Shown here: piece by piece, positions 1 through 28,911 of the stretch
Layout: each line of letters opens with the position of its first letter
Position numbering within the stretch: position 1 is the stretch's first letter
From: the human T2T-CHM13v2.0 reference genome, Homo sapiens
Reading direction: 5' to 3' (one strand)
Assembly: GCF_009914755.1 (NCBI RefSeq)
Contig: NC_060926.1
DNA: 64,000 nucleotides
Notes under the pieces: model-generated
What the model saw: only the letters and a program-made list of their open reading frames with translations
What the model was told of the DNA's origin: nothing
The model's database searches: none
Made by a program: the position numbers and the translations under genes

Positions 1-358
<358 letters not shown>

Positions 359-524
359 CTAGTCTGAGACGGCGGACAGACCGTCACGTGTCGGATTCCT
401 GGGAGGGAACCTCAGCGAGCAAGGGGGCGGAAACCACCTCAAGTTGCCAGGCGTTTAGCCTGGACTTCCTCTCCAGCCTGCAGCCACCCCCTTACTCTAC
501 TAGTTTGTAAAATTTCTACATCAT

Positions 525-1040
525 GTTAAAGTGCAGTTCACGAACCAGCTTCATCGACGTCACCTGGGAACTTGTTAGAAATGGAGAATCTGGCTGGGCA
601 CGATGGCTCACGCCTGTAATCCCAACACTTTGGGAGGCCGAGGCGGGTGGATCACTTGAGGTCAGGAGTTCAAGACCAGCTTGGCCAACAGGGCAAAACC
701 CTGTCTCTACTAAAAATACAAAAATTAGCCGGGCCTGGTGGCACGCGCCTGTATTCCAAGCTACTCCGAGGGTGGGGGTGGGGGTGGGGGTGGGGGTGGG
801 GGTAGGGGCTGAGGCAGGAGAATTGCTTGAACCCGGAAGGCGGAGGTTGCAGTGAACCGAGATCCTGCCACTGCACTCCAGCCTGGGCAACAGAGCGAGA
901 CTCTGTCTCAAAAAACACAAACAAACAAACAAAAGAAATGTAAAATCTCAGATCCTACCTCAGACCTATAGAATCAGAATTTGTATTTTAACAAGATTCC
1001 CAGGTGATCCTAGGCACCTTCAAAATTGAGAAGCATGGCT
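525..1040 (+). mobile_element. MER5A1-like hAT-Charlie DNA transposon fossil interrupted by an AluS (591-932)
   Basis: CACCTGGGAACTTGTTAGAAATG...CAGACCT..GAATCAGAAT..TATTTTAACAAGATTCCCAGGTGAT..TTGAGAAGC matches the MER5A1 pattern. The Alu is flanked by the degenerate TSD agaaatggagaatct / agaaatgtaaaatct. Confidence 0.8.
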
Positions 1041-1469
1041 TTACTTGACTGGGCTCCCTGAGGACAGGGAGTGCCCTGTTCATCTCAAATCCTCAGCCTC
1101 TAGCACAGGGCCGGGTATATAGTAGGTTAAATCTGGATGAATCAATGTCATAACCAAAAGGCTAAAACAGGTTCAGAACCAGGGGAAACCATTGGAAAAT
1201 CTTCAGGGTGATCCGGGGTGTGGAAGGGAGGAACCAGGTCACAAGAAGGACCTCTTTCCTGGAGAGTCCTGTTTCAGCAAAACAGCCATTCCCTCCTGGC
1301 CATTCCACCTTCTTTGGAAGTGCACCCCTCTCCAGCTTACCCCTGCCTGCCTCCGCAACAGATATTAAGGACAACTGCTTTGTGCCAAAGCTCGAAAATC
1401 TGTGAATTTCCGTTCCTTTTGCCTTTACAGTCTCAAGAATGGGATGTGAAGATCAGGGTAATAATAATT

Positions 1470-1850
1470 ACGGTTTATTGACACGTACTGAAGGCTATGT
1501 GTCAGATATTGTATTAAACACTGTACATCTCATTTAATCTTCAACTCCATGAGGTAGATAATTATTTCCATTTTACAGAGGAGGAGAGGAAAGGACAGAA
1601 ACATTAAGTAGCCTGTCCAAGGTCACACAACTACGTTAACGGAGCTGTCATTTGAACTAGTCAGTCTGGCCTCACAGTTAAGCTACTTAACCTTATGTAC
1701 TATTATACCTATTTTACAGCTACCAAAAGTAAGGATCCGAGAGGTTAAGTAACTTGCCCGAGGTTACACAGCTAGCATGCTATTAACACTCAATTTAGAA
1801 ACTGGAAGTCTGGTTCACAAGCCTGAGCTCTTAACCACTGAGACTAGGGG
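1470..1850. mobile_element. MIR SINE fragments (tandem)
   Basis: Two copies of the ccattttacag...gaggttaagtaacttgcccgaggttacacagct-type MIR core. Confidence 0.7.
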
Positions 1851-1899
1851 TAGTGGGATACAGGCCAGAGCCCAGAAGGTTGTACGGGATCAGGAGACC

Positions 1900-2780
1900 A
1901 GGCCACCAGACCCGCCCCTCACTGGATCCCCCTCCAGGCTGCAGTGTAGTTGGCCGCTTTCTGCCCCAGAGCGCCAGAGGTATGAAGCCTCCTACCTCCA
2001 ACATTGGGAGATGGAGGTCCTGGGGGCCTCGGGCCGAGCCCGGCTTTGCTCCCCTTTGGCGTAGGTGCCTGCGTCTTGACCCCCACCGAAGGCCAAGTAG
2101 AGAACCCTCACCAGGGTCCTGGGACCCGTCCACCCCTACACCTAGCTAGCCCGGAGCCTCTCAGCTCCGCGTCCCCACATCCTCCGGATGCCCAGCGGTT
2201 GCTGAGATACCGCGGGCCGTTACGCCGGCGCGGACTGATGATGTCAGCACTGCTTCCGGTCGGTGGCGCTTCTCTCTGGCCCGAGCCAGGTCAGTCCGGC
2301 AGTGCAGATGGCCCATCCCGGGCTCTGGGCTCCTAGACCGGGGTGGGCCCTGCCAGGAGTGGGCCTGAGCCTCGCACGTCCTCTGAAACTACGCTATGCT
2401 CTGCTTTTGCGGCGCGATGGGCGTGGGAGCGGGGGCTGCCCAAAGATGGGCTGGGGTTGGAGGAAGTGGCCCGGTAGCCGCTGTGTGTCCTGAGGCCGTA
2501 AGGCGCCTGACCCCACCCCTGAAGCTGGCGACGGAGCAGGGCCTGTTTTCTCTACACTATAGTGTAGGTTCCAGAGACCTGGGCCTGAGCTCTCCGCATT
2601 GGTACTTCATGGGTCGTCTGGATTGTGCCGGACCTGTGACCCTGCCGTTGTTTTCTTTCCAGCATGATCCGCTGGGCCCCCAGCGCATCTCCTGGAAGAG
2701 CCCACTCACCCTGGACGAGCTCTTCGGTAGCCTCAGACCGTCCTTGAAGAGGATGACTGAGACATTATGGGCCACGCGCT
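1900..2780. promoter_or_regulatory. CpG island / bidirectional promoter of GLB1L (-) and STK16 (+), with candidate non-coding first exons
   Basis: CpG-dense, no TATA. CRE-like TGATGTCA and ETS CTTCCGG at about 2239-2260. Plus-strand donor CAG|GTCAGT after 2289 (STK16 exon 1); minus-strand donor CTG|GTGAGG after 2112 (candidate GLB1L exon 1). Confidence 0.75.
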
Positions 2781-5326
2781 GTGTGTCTGCTCTCGGGGAA
2801 CTGTCATCATTGACAATAAGCGCTACCTCTTCATCCAGAAACTGGGGGAGGGGTGAGTGTTTGGAAGTCAGTTAACTAGTCCTCAAGTTTATGATCATTG
2901 AAGGACAGCGGTGTGCATATGCTTGGGGCACAAGGGTTTTATCCCTATCCCTGTCCTCTCTCACCTGACAGAACCTAGCTACACAGTATCAAGAAGGTGG
3001 ATTCTGGAGCCAGGCCTGCTAAATCCACCTCGTGTGACCTTGATAAACCATGTTTTTTTCATCAGCTTAATGGAGATGATTATTATCCCTCACTGATGGA
3101 GTTGTGAGGATTAAATGAGATAATGTGTATAAAATGTCTCACCCAATGCGGGGTTGACAAGTACTTGATAAGTGTTGGCTATTATTTATTTAGCATCTGT
3201 CAAGTGCAGAGGTCTCTATTACGACCATAGGACCTCAAAGATTTCTATATCTCTGCTCCTGAGGAGCTCACGGTGTAATATTCTTCAGATTTCTCTTAGA
3301 GCCACATCTTGGGAAGGTTTCTGCTAAATGGGAAGGACACCCCACTCCCCACCAGGAAATTTCTCTAGGTCCAAGCCATGTGGGAGATGACCATGGCCCT
3401 TTATTGACCCCTTTGGCCCACAGTGGGTTCAGCTATGTGGACCTAGTGGAAGGGTTACATGATGGACACTTCTACGCCCTGAAGCGAATCCTGTGTCACG
3501 AGCAGCAGGACCGGGAGGAGGCCCAGCGAGAAGCCGACATGCATCGCCTCTTCAATCACCCCAACATCCTTCGCCTCGTGGCTTACTGTCTGAGGGAACG
3601 GGGTGCTAAGCATGAGGCCTGGCTGCTGCTACCATTCTTCAAGGTCAGAAAGACTCCTGGTTATGGAGGGGGTTGCAGCAGAGCCACCTACTCAAGGGCT
3701 GTGTGAGCAGTCCAGCATGTTAGGAAGCAGGGACCATGTCCTGGGTTTGGCCACTTTAGATTTTGAGTTTGAGGTGTGTATCATGAAAGGGCTGATAGGC
3801 TTTGACATAGGGAAGGGATCAGGCCTAAGGAGCAGAGGCTCCAAAAACATCTCCAACTGTAGGGAAACTTGTGTTGCAGAGAGGTACGCTGTGGAATGAG
3901 ATAGAAAGGCTGAAGGACAAAGGCAACTTCCTGACCGAGGATCAAATCCTTTGGCTGCTGCTGGGGATCTGCAGAGGCCTTGAGGCCATTCATGCCAAGG
4001 GTTATGCCCACAGGTCAGTGGGAGGACCCTGTGTGCTTGCTGGGGCCCAGAGGAAGAGCCTCACCAGGAGACATGGGAGGTCTCTGTTCTCCCAAGAAAC
4101 AGCCTGTATGATTCTTTTGCTTGCTGGGATTCCAGCCTTCCTGTCCAGAGATGCTCATAGGTCACTTCTACTTCTCTACAGAGACTTGAAGCCCACCAAT
4201 ATATTGCTTGGAGATGAGGGGCAGCCAGTTTTAATGGACTTGGGTTCCATGAATCAAGCATGCATCCATGTGGAGGGCTCCCGCCAGGCTCTGACCCTGC
4301 AGGTAAAAGAGTCTCCAGGTTCCTTTTCTCACCTGTTCCCCATTCCCACCCCTTCTGGTGCATGTCCCAGTTTGGTCACATGACCATGACCTGTGCCCCA
4401 CTTTTGAGCTCTGGGATCACTGTTCCAGGACTGGGCAGCCCAGCGGTGCACCATCTCCTACCGAGCCCCAGAGCTCTTCTCTGTGCAGAGTCACTGTGTC
4501 ATCGATGAGCGGACTGATGTCTGGGTGAGGAGCATGTGGGTGGGTATCTGGGTAGGGAGGGCTGTGGCTCTGTACCCACCGTGGAGTAGAGTAGGTTGTT
4601 GGTTTCTGTTGCATGGGGCGCCAGGAACCACAATATGTCCCCATCCACTTCAACTTCCTTCCTGGGAAATGTCACTGATACTGTACCCAGTTGTACCGGA
4701 TGTGGTATAATCTGTGCCCCTGAACAAGGTGAGTACAGCTCAGTGTCAGTAGTGAAGGCACTGGCTAAGCAGGGGCTAAGCTAAACAGGGGCTGCGGAGG
4801 CCTCCAGCTGACTGGCAGTTTCTCTGGACCCTGGTGGTGCCATGTGGCTGAGGTCAGCGTATTCTTTTTAGCTTATGGAGTCTCCTTTTACCACAGAAGT
4901 AAAGGGAGAGATGTCACCTCCACTGGTCCCCTTCTAGGGACTAATCAAGTTATGCTCAGTCCCTAGGCTGCGTGCTATATGCCATGATGTTTGGGGAAGG
5001 CCCTTATGACATGGTGTTCCAAAAGGGTGACAGTGTGGCCCTTGCTGTGCAGAACCAACTCAGCATCCCACAAAGCCCCAGGTGAGTGAGCAACGAATAG
5101 GGCATCAAGTGTTTCAGACTCCCCCCTGGTATTAGCTGAGTTGACAGATAGGTGTCATCCGGTCACCCTGGGCTCCTCCCTCCACAGGCATTCTTCAGCA
5201 TTGCGGCAGCTCCTGAACTCGATGATGACCGTGGACCCGCATCAGCGTCCTCACATTCCTCTCCTCCTCAGTCAGCTGGAGGCGCTGCAGCCCCCAGCTC
5301 CTGGCCAACATACTACCCAAATCTGA
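2767..5326 (+). CDS. STK16: Serine/threonine kinase 16 (NAK family), join(2767..2852,3424..3643,3880..4013,4182..4302,4429..4524,4960..5081,5188..5326), 305 aa
   Basis: Exons sum to 918 nt with all GT-AG junctions in phase. N-terminus MGHALCVC (myristoylation/palmitoylation motif), GEGGFS, ALK, HRDLKPTN, DLG in place of DFG, YRAPE; ends QHTTQI*. Confidence 0.98.
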
Positions 5327-5647
5327 AAAAGCAGCATGTTGAGAAGATGGCCCCTTGTGCCTTGGAAAGAGGTTCCCATCCCTCATTGGAATCACCACCC
5401 ATTCCATCCAGGACTTCTCTTACACTTGAGGGTAGCGGGGTCAGGACAATCATCTCAGTCCTGCATCTTTTCTTCTGCTTTCTTCCCTCCAAGAGCAAAA
5501 CCTGGGCAAGGGGACTTACTGAGTGGGGGTGGGTGGGGGTTGGGAAAAGGGAAACTGGTGGGATATGGAACATGGCTCTGAGCAGGACTGTTGAGCTCAC
5601 ATAGTGTTCTGACTCCAAATCTGGGAGCAGGAGAATGTGTAAACAAG

Positions 5648-5653
5648 AATAAA
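5648..5653 (+). terminator. STK16: Proximal poly(A) signal AATAAA of STK16
   Basis: AATAAA 322 nt after the stop, followed by GT-rich sequence. Confidence 0.75.
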
Positions 5654-6492
5654 GTGGAAGCAGGTTGGTGTAGATCTTAGTCTCAGTGTTCCTGGAGTGA
5701 GAGAAGAGGTGCAAGGGGCCCAAAGTCAGGTTGCCATTTCAGGCGAACTGCCTGGGAAGGAGGAATGGTGCAGAGTCGGCAATGGTGTGACTTCATTCTA
5801 CAGGAGGTTGGTTAGCAGTGGACAGTTCTAGCTTGTCTTAGATCAAAACTTAAAGCTGCTTGGGCTCAAGCTGGCATCTGCCTGTGTCAAGAACTAGGGC
5901 CCCCTAAAAACACTCAACTAGTTCTTTCCTTCCTTCACTCCTGGGGTGAGTAGCTTAGTCAAAGCTGCCTAGCCGGTTTGCTAGGCAAGGGCCTCTGGGT
6001 GGAGACACCTGAGGAAGCTTTGAGACAGGTAGATTACAGGTCTCCCATCCTCAGCCTAGGGGCGAGGGGAGTGGAGGTGGCAGCGGCAGCTGTTTTGGCC
6101 TGTGTCTCCCTGATCGTTCAAGCTCATACATGGTTAATGATTAATGAGGCAGTGTGGTGTGGCAGTATCCAGCTGCCACTTCCTGCCTACTCTGCTGAGT
6201 AAACAGGGGCCCTGTCTTAGCTGGGCTTCAAACCTGTTCCCTAGGGAAGGGCTCTGTTCCCTGAATCACCAGGGAGGAAAGGCAAGGGCAGGGTTGGCAT
6301 CTCCTGCTCTTTTGTGATCCAAGCCTCCTCCCCCGAACCATGTCTACCCCACAGTATGACATCAGCATGGGGCCTGGGGCTCCTGTTAGCAAAGTTGAAG
6401 CTTTCCCCAGGGCCCTAGCAGGAGTCTCCCACTAGCTAGCACAGAGGCTGAGGCCAGAAAGAAATCACAAACAGAGGGGAGATGACCTGACT

Positions 6493-6498
6493 TTTAAT
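6493..6498 (-). terminator. TUBA4A: Candidate distal poly(A) signal ATTAAA of TUBA4A
   Basis: Plus-strand tttaat reads ATTAAA on minus; downstream on minus is TCTGTTTGTGATTTCTTT (GU/U-rich). Confidence 0.55.
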
Positions 6499-7061
6499 GG
6501 CACAGCCCCAGCTCCAGCAAAGCAGCAAGACAGGAAGCTATGCAAAGCTGCTCAGAGGTGCAGTGGCACAAACAACTCTAGGAGATCGCCTGTGTTCCCT
6601 CCCATCCCCCAAGCTTATGACGTGGCTCCATGCCCAGGAACTCTGGGCCAGCCCAGCCCCACTCCCAAACCCTCATAATGCACAGAGGAGCCTGGGCCAA
6701 GCCTTGCTTCCAGAGTTGGTAAATGTAGAGGCAGCAGGAAGAACAGGGTAGCAGTCTAACTTTCAAAGACAGAAACCACTGGATTATACTCCTACTTGGA
6801 AAGGAGCTGAAGACTCATCCTTCAACAGTTTGTGCCTGGATTTTGGTCCTCATTTCCTCCCTATACTGAGTAACCCTAGGACTTCAATTTAAAGTCCCTG
6901 GGGTTATGCTTCCTGGGCCTGGCAAGAACCCCTTTGCAGGTCTCACCTTCAGCGATGGAAGGGATAAGGGTCATGAACAGCAAACAGAGCAGCAGCAGCA
7001 TGAAGGGGAAGGCAGCAGAAGCTCAAGCACTCAGAGGGAACAAGAAACCGTGCAAGGAAAC

Positions 7062-7092
7062 TGTTTATTTCGAAAGGATTTTGCAATAAACA
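7062..7092. terminator. Dyad-symmetric pair of poly(A) signals: minus AATAAA 7064-7069 (TUBA4A proximal) and plus AATAAA 7085-7090 (candidate STK16 distal)
   Basis: TGTTTATT-TCGAAAGGATTTTGC-AATAAACA; the arms are exact reverse complements. Confidence 0.7.
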
Positions 7093-7118
7093 TAGTGAAT
7101 AGGCTCCAGGCAGCTGCT

Positions 7119-10625
<3,507 letters not shown>

Positions 10626-11834
10626 GGTGAGTCCGGGCGGTGCGTCTCACGTTGAGTCGGGGTGACAGGTCTCAGTGAGAACTGCGCTAGCTGCAGTGCC
10701 GCACCGCCCTTATAGGCGGGGGGGGGGCGGGGCCCGCGTTCCCCGCTCGCCCACTAGAGGCTGGGCGGCCCGCAGGCCACGCCTCCCGGGAGGGTAAGCG
10801 GCCCCCCCGAGGGGCGGAGCCTGGCCTGGTACCCTCCCCAAGCTGCGCGGGGGTCCCTCACCTGTCCCGCTGGGATTAAGAGTCGCGATTCGGGCTTTAA
10901 CCATTCTTTCCTCGTTTTGAGCAGACACGCTGGGCTCCCGAGGGCCTCCGCGGAGATGCAGGGTGCTGTGGCAGGGCGAGTCTCACCTGCACCTGCGTCC
11001 TGGAGGCACCGGTCATCCAGGTGTTCTGACTTAGGTCGGGAGCAGGCGAGGCGGTCCTTCCCAAGCGGCCACAGCTGGCCTTCACCCCTGCCCTTCCAGC
11101 CCTGCCTCCCAGGAGACTCGGGCCGGCTGTGAGGCTGTGGCGCGTCCCCGGGGAGCCCTTGCCAGCTGCCTGACGCTTCCTGGTCCCCGGCCGGGGCGGC
11201 AGCCTTTCGCCGACGCCTGTGGGCGGCCGAGGACCCAGAACTGCACAGCCTGAGCCCCAGATTGCCAATGCCTTAGGCGCTCCCGCAGAGTCGAGCCCCG
11301 CAGCCTGTCTGCCGGGGCCGACCCCGGAATCTGCCGCGGCTCGCCGGCCGCCCGCGGGTCAGTGGCGCTGTCATCAGCGCAGTCACTATGATGCCCTCGC
11401 TGCGGGCACCTGCCCACTCCCCTGCTGCCAGAACTGCGGGAGCGCTGACCGGGGGACCTCAGGACCTGGATTCTCCTCCAGGCTACCCTGTGTGACCTTG
11501 AGCAAGTGACTTAACCTCACTGAGTCCTTGACATTTTCGTGGGTGAAAAGGAGACAGTGATGTCATAGTGGAAACATTGTTGTAAGCTATCAAAATGTCT
11601 GTTGCCTCTGAAGAGAAAAGAAGAAAATCGAGATTCTCATATCTTGGATGATTCTGACTCTTGGTCTCTTCTGTCTCTAACCCAAGAGCAGGATCTGCAA
11701 CCCGCACCTTAATGGTCTCAGCACTCAGCCCCTGGTCTCCGCAGAAGCCCTTCTTTCTACATTTCATTCCGTTCTCTCCACCCCATCTTTTCAAGCTACT
11801 TCTGCTTTCTCTTTCTCTCTCTCTCTCTCTCTCT

Positions 11835-12437
<603 letters not shown>

Positions 12438-13255
12438 TGCCTTGCATTTTCTAATTGTCTCCCTTCACTGGGGAAAGTCATCTGGCAGTGCCCCAGGTGC
12501 TGCTGGTTTGCAGATCTTAAGAAACCTGTCTTCCTGGCTCTACATCACTTGGAAAGGATTCACCCCTCCCTCCCCCATCACCTGACAACACAACATAATA
12601 CCATGAAAGAACTAGTGATGGCAACTCTCTATCAACAAAATAGGCAAGGCATGGAAAGGAATATAGTGAAATATGACAAGGTCTTTCTTCCCAGTAGACT
12701 TGCCATCTGATTGGGAGAACAAGACTCATTCATAAAAAGAAAACTGACAGGGGCGTATAATGAGGCTTCTTTGGGGAATAAGGTCATGGTCCCTACAAAG
12801 AAAGGAGCCGTGGTGACTATAGGACACATGGCAGTAGGTTGCAGACCCTCCCTGAACCTCTTTTTCCTTGTGCTCTCCTATCCTAGCAGAATGAACATAG
12901 TAAGAGACTTGAGCTATCTTAGGAAAAACTCTAAACCTCTTTGACCTTCAGGTGCAGATTCTTCATTTGTAAAACCGGGATAACAACTTCAGATTGTGAA
13001 TATCAGATGAATTTAGAGATGTACATATTCACATCAAGGCACTGTGTAAGTAGCTGTGACATTTATTTTAGTGCATATAGCACATCATGCTATAGTTATT
13101 TGTGTACATGTCCATCTTAATATTATAGATAGCAAACTATTGGAGGTAAGGACTGTGTCTTATTCATCTTTGTTTCTAGCTCCTAGCATAGTGCTTAGCA
13201 CACCTGGTAAGCATTTGCTAAGTGTGTGTCAGAAGAATTGTTTCACTTCAGAGAT

Positions 13256-15511
<2,256 letters not shown>

Positions 15512-15769
15512 CGACAACAATAGAGGTATGTGGAAGCTACCATCTTAAGATGGGCAACAAGCTCCCTCCAGTTCGCCACAGTCCTCATCACTCTCTGTGT
15601 CTCCCTGACACAGAACACAAGTGTCTGTTGTCATTTAACTTCATACGATCAGCCCACGTTACACATTTATGATACCCTGGCCACTGTAGCTAAGAGTTTA
15701 TAATCCTTGAGCACGCTTTCTAGCTGACAAAATGGAGAAGACATGGGTGCAGGAAGAAATGCCCAAGAT

Positions 15770-20218
<4,449 letters not shown>

Positions 20219-20781
20219 ACTCAGTCTTTTCATTCTGCTTTACATAAGACAGCTGACTGCCATTAGGATAGTTTTCTTTTTGGAGTTGGTGATACCTAGG
20301 TTGACTCTGAGAGTCCAACTCCCAAGGCCAGTTGGGAGAAGTTTCAGTGCTACACAAGAGAGTTTTGAGCCCAGTGGGCCCTCTGGGCCCCATATCACTC
20401 CATCTGGACAATAATTCCTGAGGTCCATGGTTTCATGGGCCAACCCAGTAGAAGGCTGAGCTTTCTTATCTTTGATATGTTAAGTGGCTGGGTCTCTTCT
20501 TTGGGCCTCTTTGTTCCAGGTGGGAGACAGAAGAGTTCTAACCTTCAGTCTGTAGCCAAAGCCAGAGTTAACCAACTTGAGATCATTCCCTAGCTTACTG
20601 GGTTGACAGGGTCTCTGAAAAAGTCCCCTGTTTCAACTGCACTATGTAACACAGTGGCTGAAATTTCACATTAGCAACTACTTCCTGGATAGGGTTGCTA
20701 AATAAAATACTTTTATTTGCTAAATCTGGCAGACCTAGTCCTGGTTTTGGCTGCTATCTGGAAGAGGGACTGAACTGTACA

Positions 20782-21614
<833 letters not shown>

Positions 21615-22057
21615 GGTGTGATTTCCAGGCAACATGAGGGCCCATTTGAGGCTAGTGGCCATGCGTTCGAAACATCAGTCAGCATGGTTCTGGATTTTTC
21701 TATGGCCACTGTTTAGCTGGGTGAGTGCAGACACAGAGCTGGGGACAAAACAAATTTAACCAGGGTTCTGGTTTAGTCAAACAAGGATGTTGAAGCTAGT
21801 GGGAGGCAAGACAGTTGAGGGGTACAAAAGGGAGTGACCCTGGCTGGCCATGGAACTGAAGACTGGGAGGAAGGAGATAAAGACCGAGGAGGGGCTGCTG
21901 TGCACACTCTGCCATGTGGAAAGAGGGGAAGCAGAGCCCGAGTCCCAGATAAATCTTAATTCCAGCACTAATTAATCCCCATGTGACCTCAGGCAGGACA
22001 CTAGGGATTTCAATTTCCTTTCCTTCATCCTGGGAAAGGGAGGCCCTGCCTTGCCTA

Positions 22058-25880
<3,823 letters not shown>

Positions 25881-26392
25881 AATAATGTGATGAACAGCAG
25901 CTATCAAGCTTGAGAAATAGAATCTGTCTCCAATTGCATCTATCTGCTTCCCCTGCCAGAGAGCACCATTATTCCAAATTTGGAGTTAATGTCTCCTGTG
26001 CTTTATCTTTGTACTATTTTCCCTTGCTTCCCTCACCAATGGCTCCTAATTTCCTTCTGGACACTGGTGGGTAGATTATCTTGCACTTCTAGATTCATTC
26101 GATTCCTTCAATGTTGCTCATTGAGACAGGCACTGAGCAAGAGTCTATAATCTCAGGACTGCCCGCATCTTCTGCTTCCCCCAATGATTTTGGCCCAGCC
26201 CCTACAGCCGATGCCTGTTGCTCCTCAGTGCCACCAGTAAATGCTTAGATGCAGGAGGCGAGGCAAGCAGAGTAGAGTCCAGGAACCTTGGCCCTCAGCC
26301 AAAGAGCCACTCAAGGAAGGCAGGCAGGAACCATGTCCAGGCATGATATGTTTCCCTCTGTGAAGGCCGTTCTCTGCCCTTTGCCCACTCAG

Positions 26393-26613
26393 TGTGAGTG
26401 CATCTCAGTCCACGTGGGGCAGGCCGGTGTGCAGTTGGCAATGCCTGCTGGGAGCTCTACTGCCTGGAACATAGGATTCAGTCTGATGGGCAGATGCCCA
26501 GTGACAAGACCATCAGGGGAGGGGATGACTCCTTCAACACCTTTTTTAGTGAAACTGGGGCTGGGAAACATGTGCCCCAGGCGGTGTTTGTGGATCTGGA
26601 GCCCGCTGTGATG
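26393..26613 (+). pseudogene. TUBA4B: Disabled alpha-tubulin exon 2 of TUBA4B
   Basis: [14 protein letters not shown], a 1-nt deletion near 26435, then [12 protein letters not shown]...FVDLEPAV. The donor position reads atcagt instead of gt. Confidence 0.9.
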
Positions 26614-26951
26614 ATCAGTCCCAGCCACAACCTTGTCCCTGGGTACCACAGCAAGTCCTACTCCATAACTGCAGAGCATGGTGTCTGTGGTATAGCTTCC
26701 CAGGTGCTGCAGCCAATTAGAACTCCACATGTACAGAATCACTGTTACTCAGCTCCTGAGTCTGTAGGCCACTCCACATCCCTTTCCTTATTGAAAAACA
26801 CATCCAAGCAGCACAAACACATCCAAGCAGGTAATAGCAGCAGCCTGAATGCAGAACCTGGGACCCGGTGACCCCACTCCCTTCAGGTCCCCTGGGGCTC
26901 CAGCAGCTGGATTGCAAAGGGAGGTGGGGCCCAAAACTCTGCCCACTGCAG

Positions 26952-27226
<275 letters not shown>

Positions 27227-27581
27227 TGAGGAGAGGCCCTGCACTCTGATTGGGGGGCCAACTGTAGGTTCCAGCCTGGAGCTGGTGTCCCCTGTATCTC
27301 CGAAGTGGCTGGCCTGATGCTAGGCAGGGTGTCCATTAAGGCAAACATGTTGATGGGCTGCCTGGCCAAGCTGTGGGGTTCCATAAGCGTTCCCAGAATA
27401 CCACCTTGTGTTACAAGGATGTGGGCAGAAGTCCCTGTGAAAGGCAGGGATTCAAAGAATGTCAGCCCAAAGCCTCTGTGATTGGCTTTGGCTTCTACGA
27501 AGGATGGGGATGAGGTTCCTGGATTGTTGTTCTTAGTAGAGAAACCCTCTAGAAACATCCAAAGTTAAATCAGCGGGGCAT

Positions 27582-28911
<1,330 letters not shown>

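Noticed and set aside
516-932. ORFs with PTPTPT or VGVGVG repeats, and the many LLPRLEC/AGITG ORFs across the window
   Set aside because: Translations of Alu sequence and of the hexamer repeat.
5966-5987. 8-bp inverted repeat TGCCTAGC/GCTAGGCA, X-box-like
   Set aside because: Short enough to occur by chance in 64 kb; imperfect RFX match.
11440-11465. Possible REST/RE1 site GCGCTGACCGGGGGACCTCA
   Set aside because: Only one half resembles RE1; too many mismatches to call.
20690-20737. Short AT-rich quasi-palindrome
   Set aside because: Resembles a collapsed MER53-type hAT fossil rather than a novel element.
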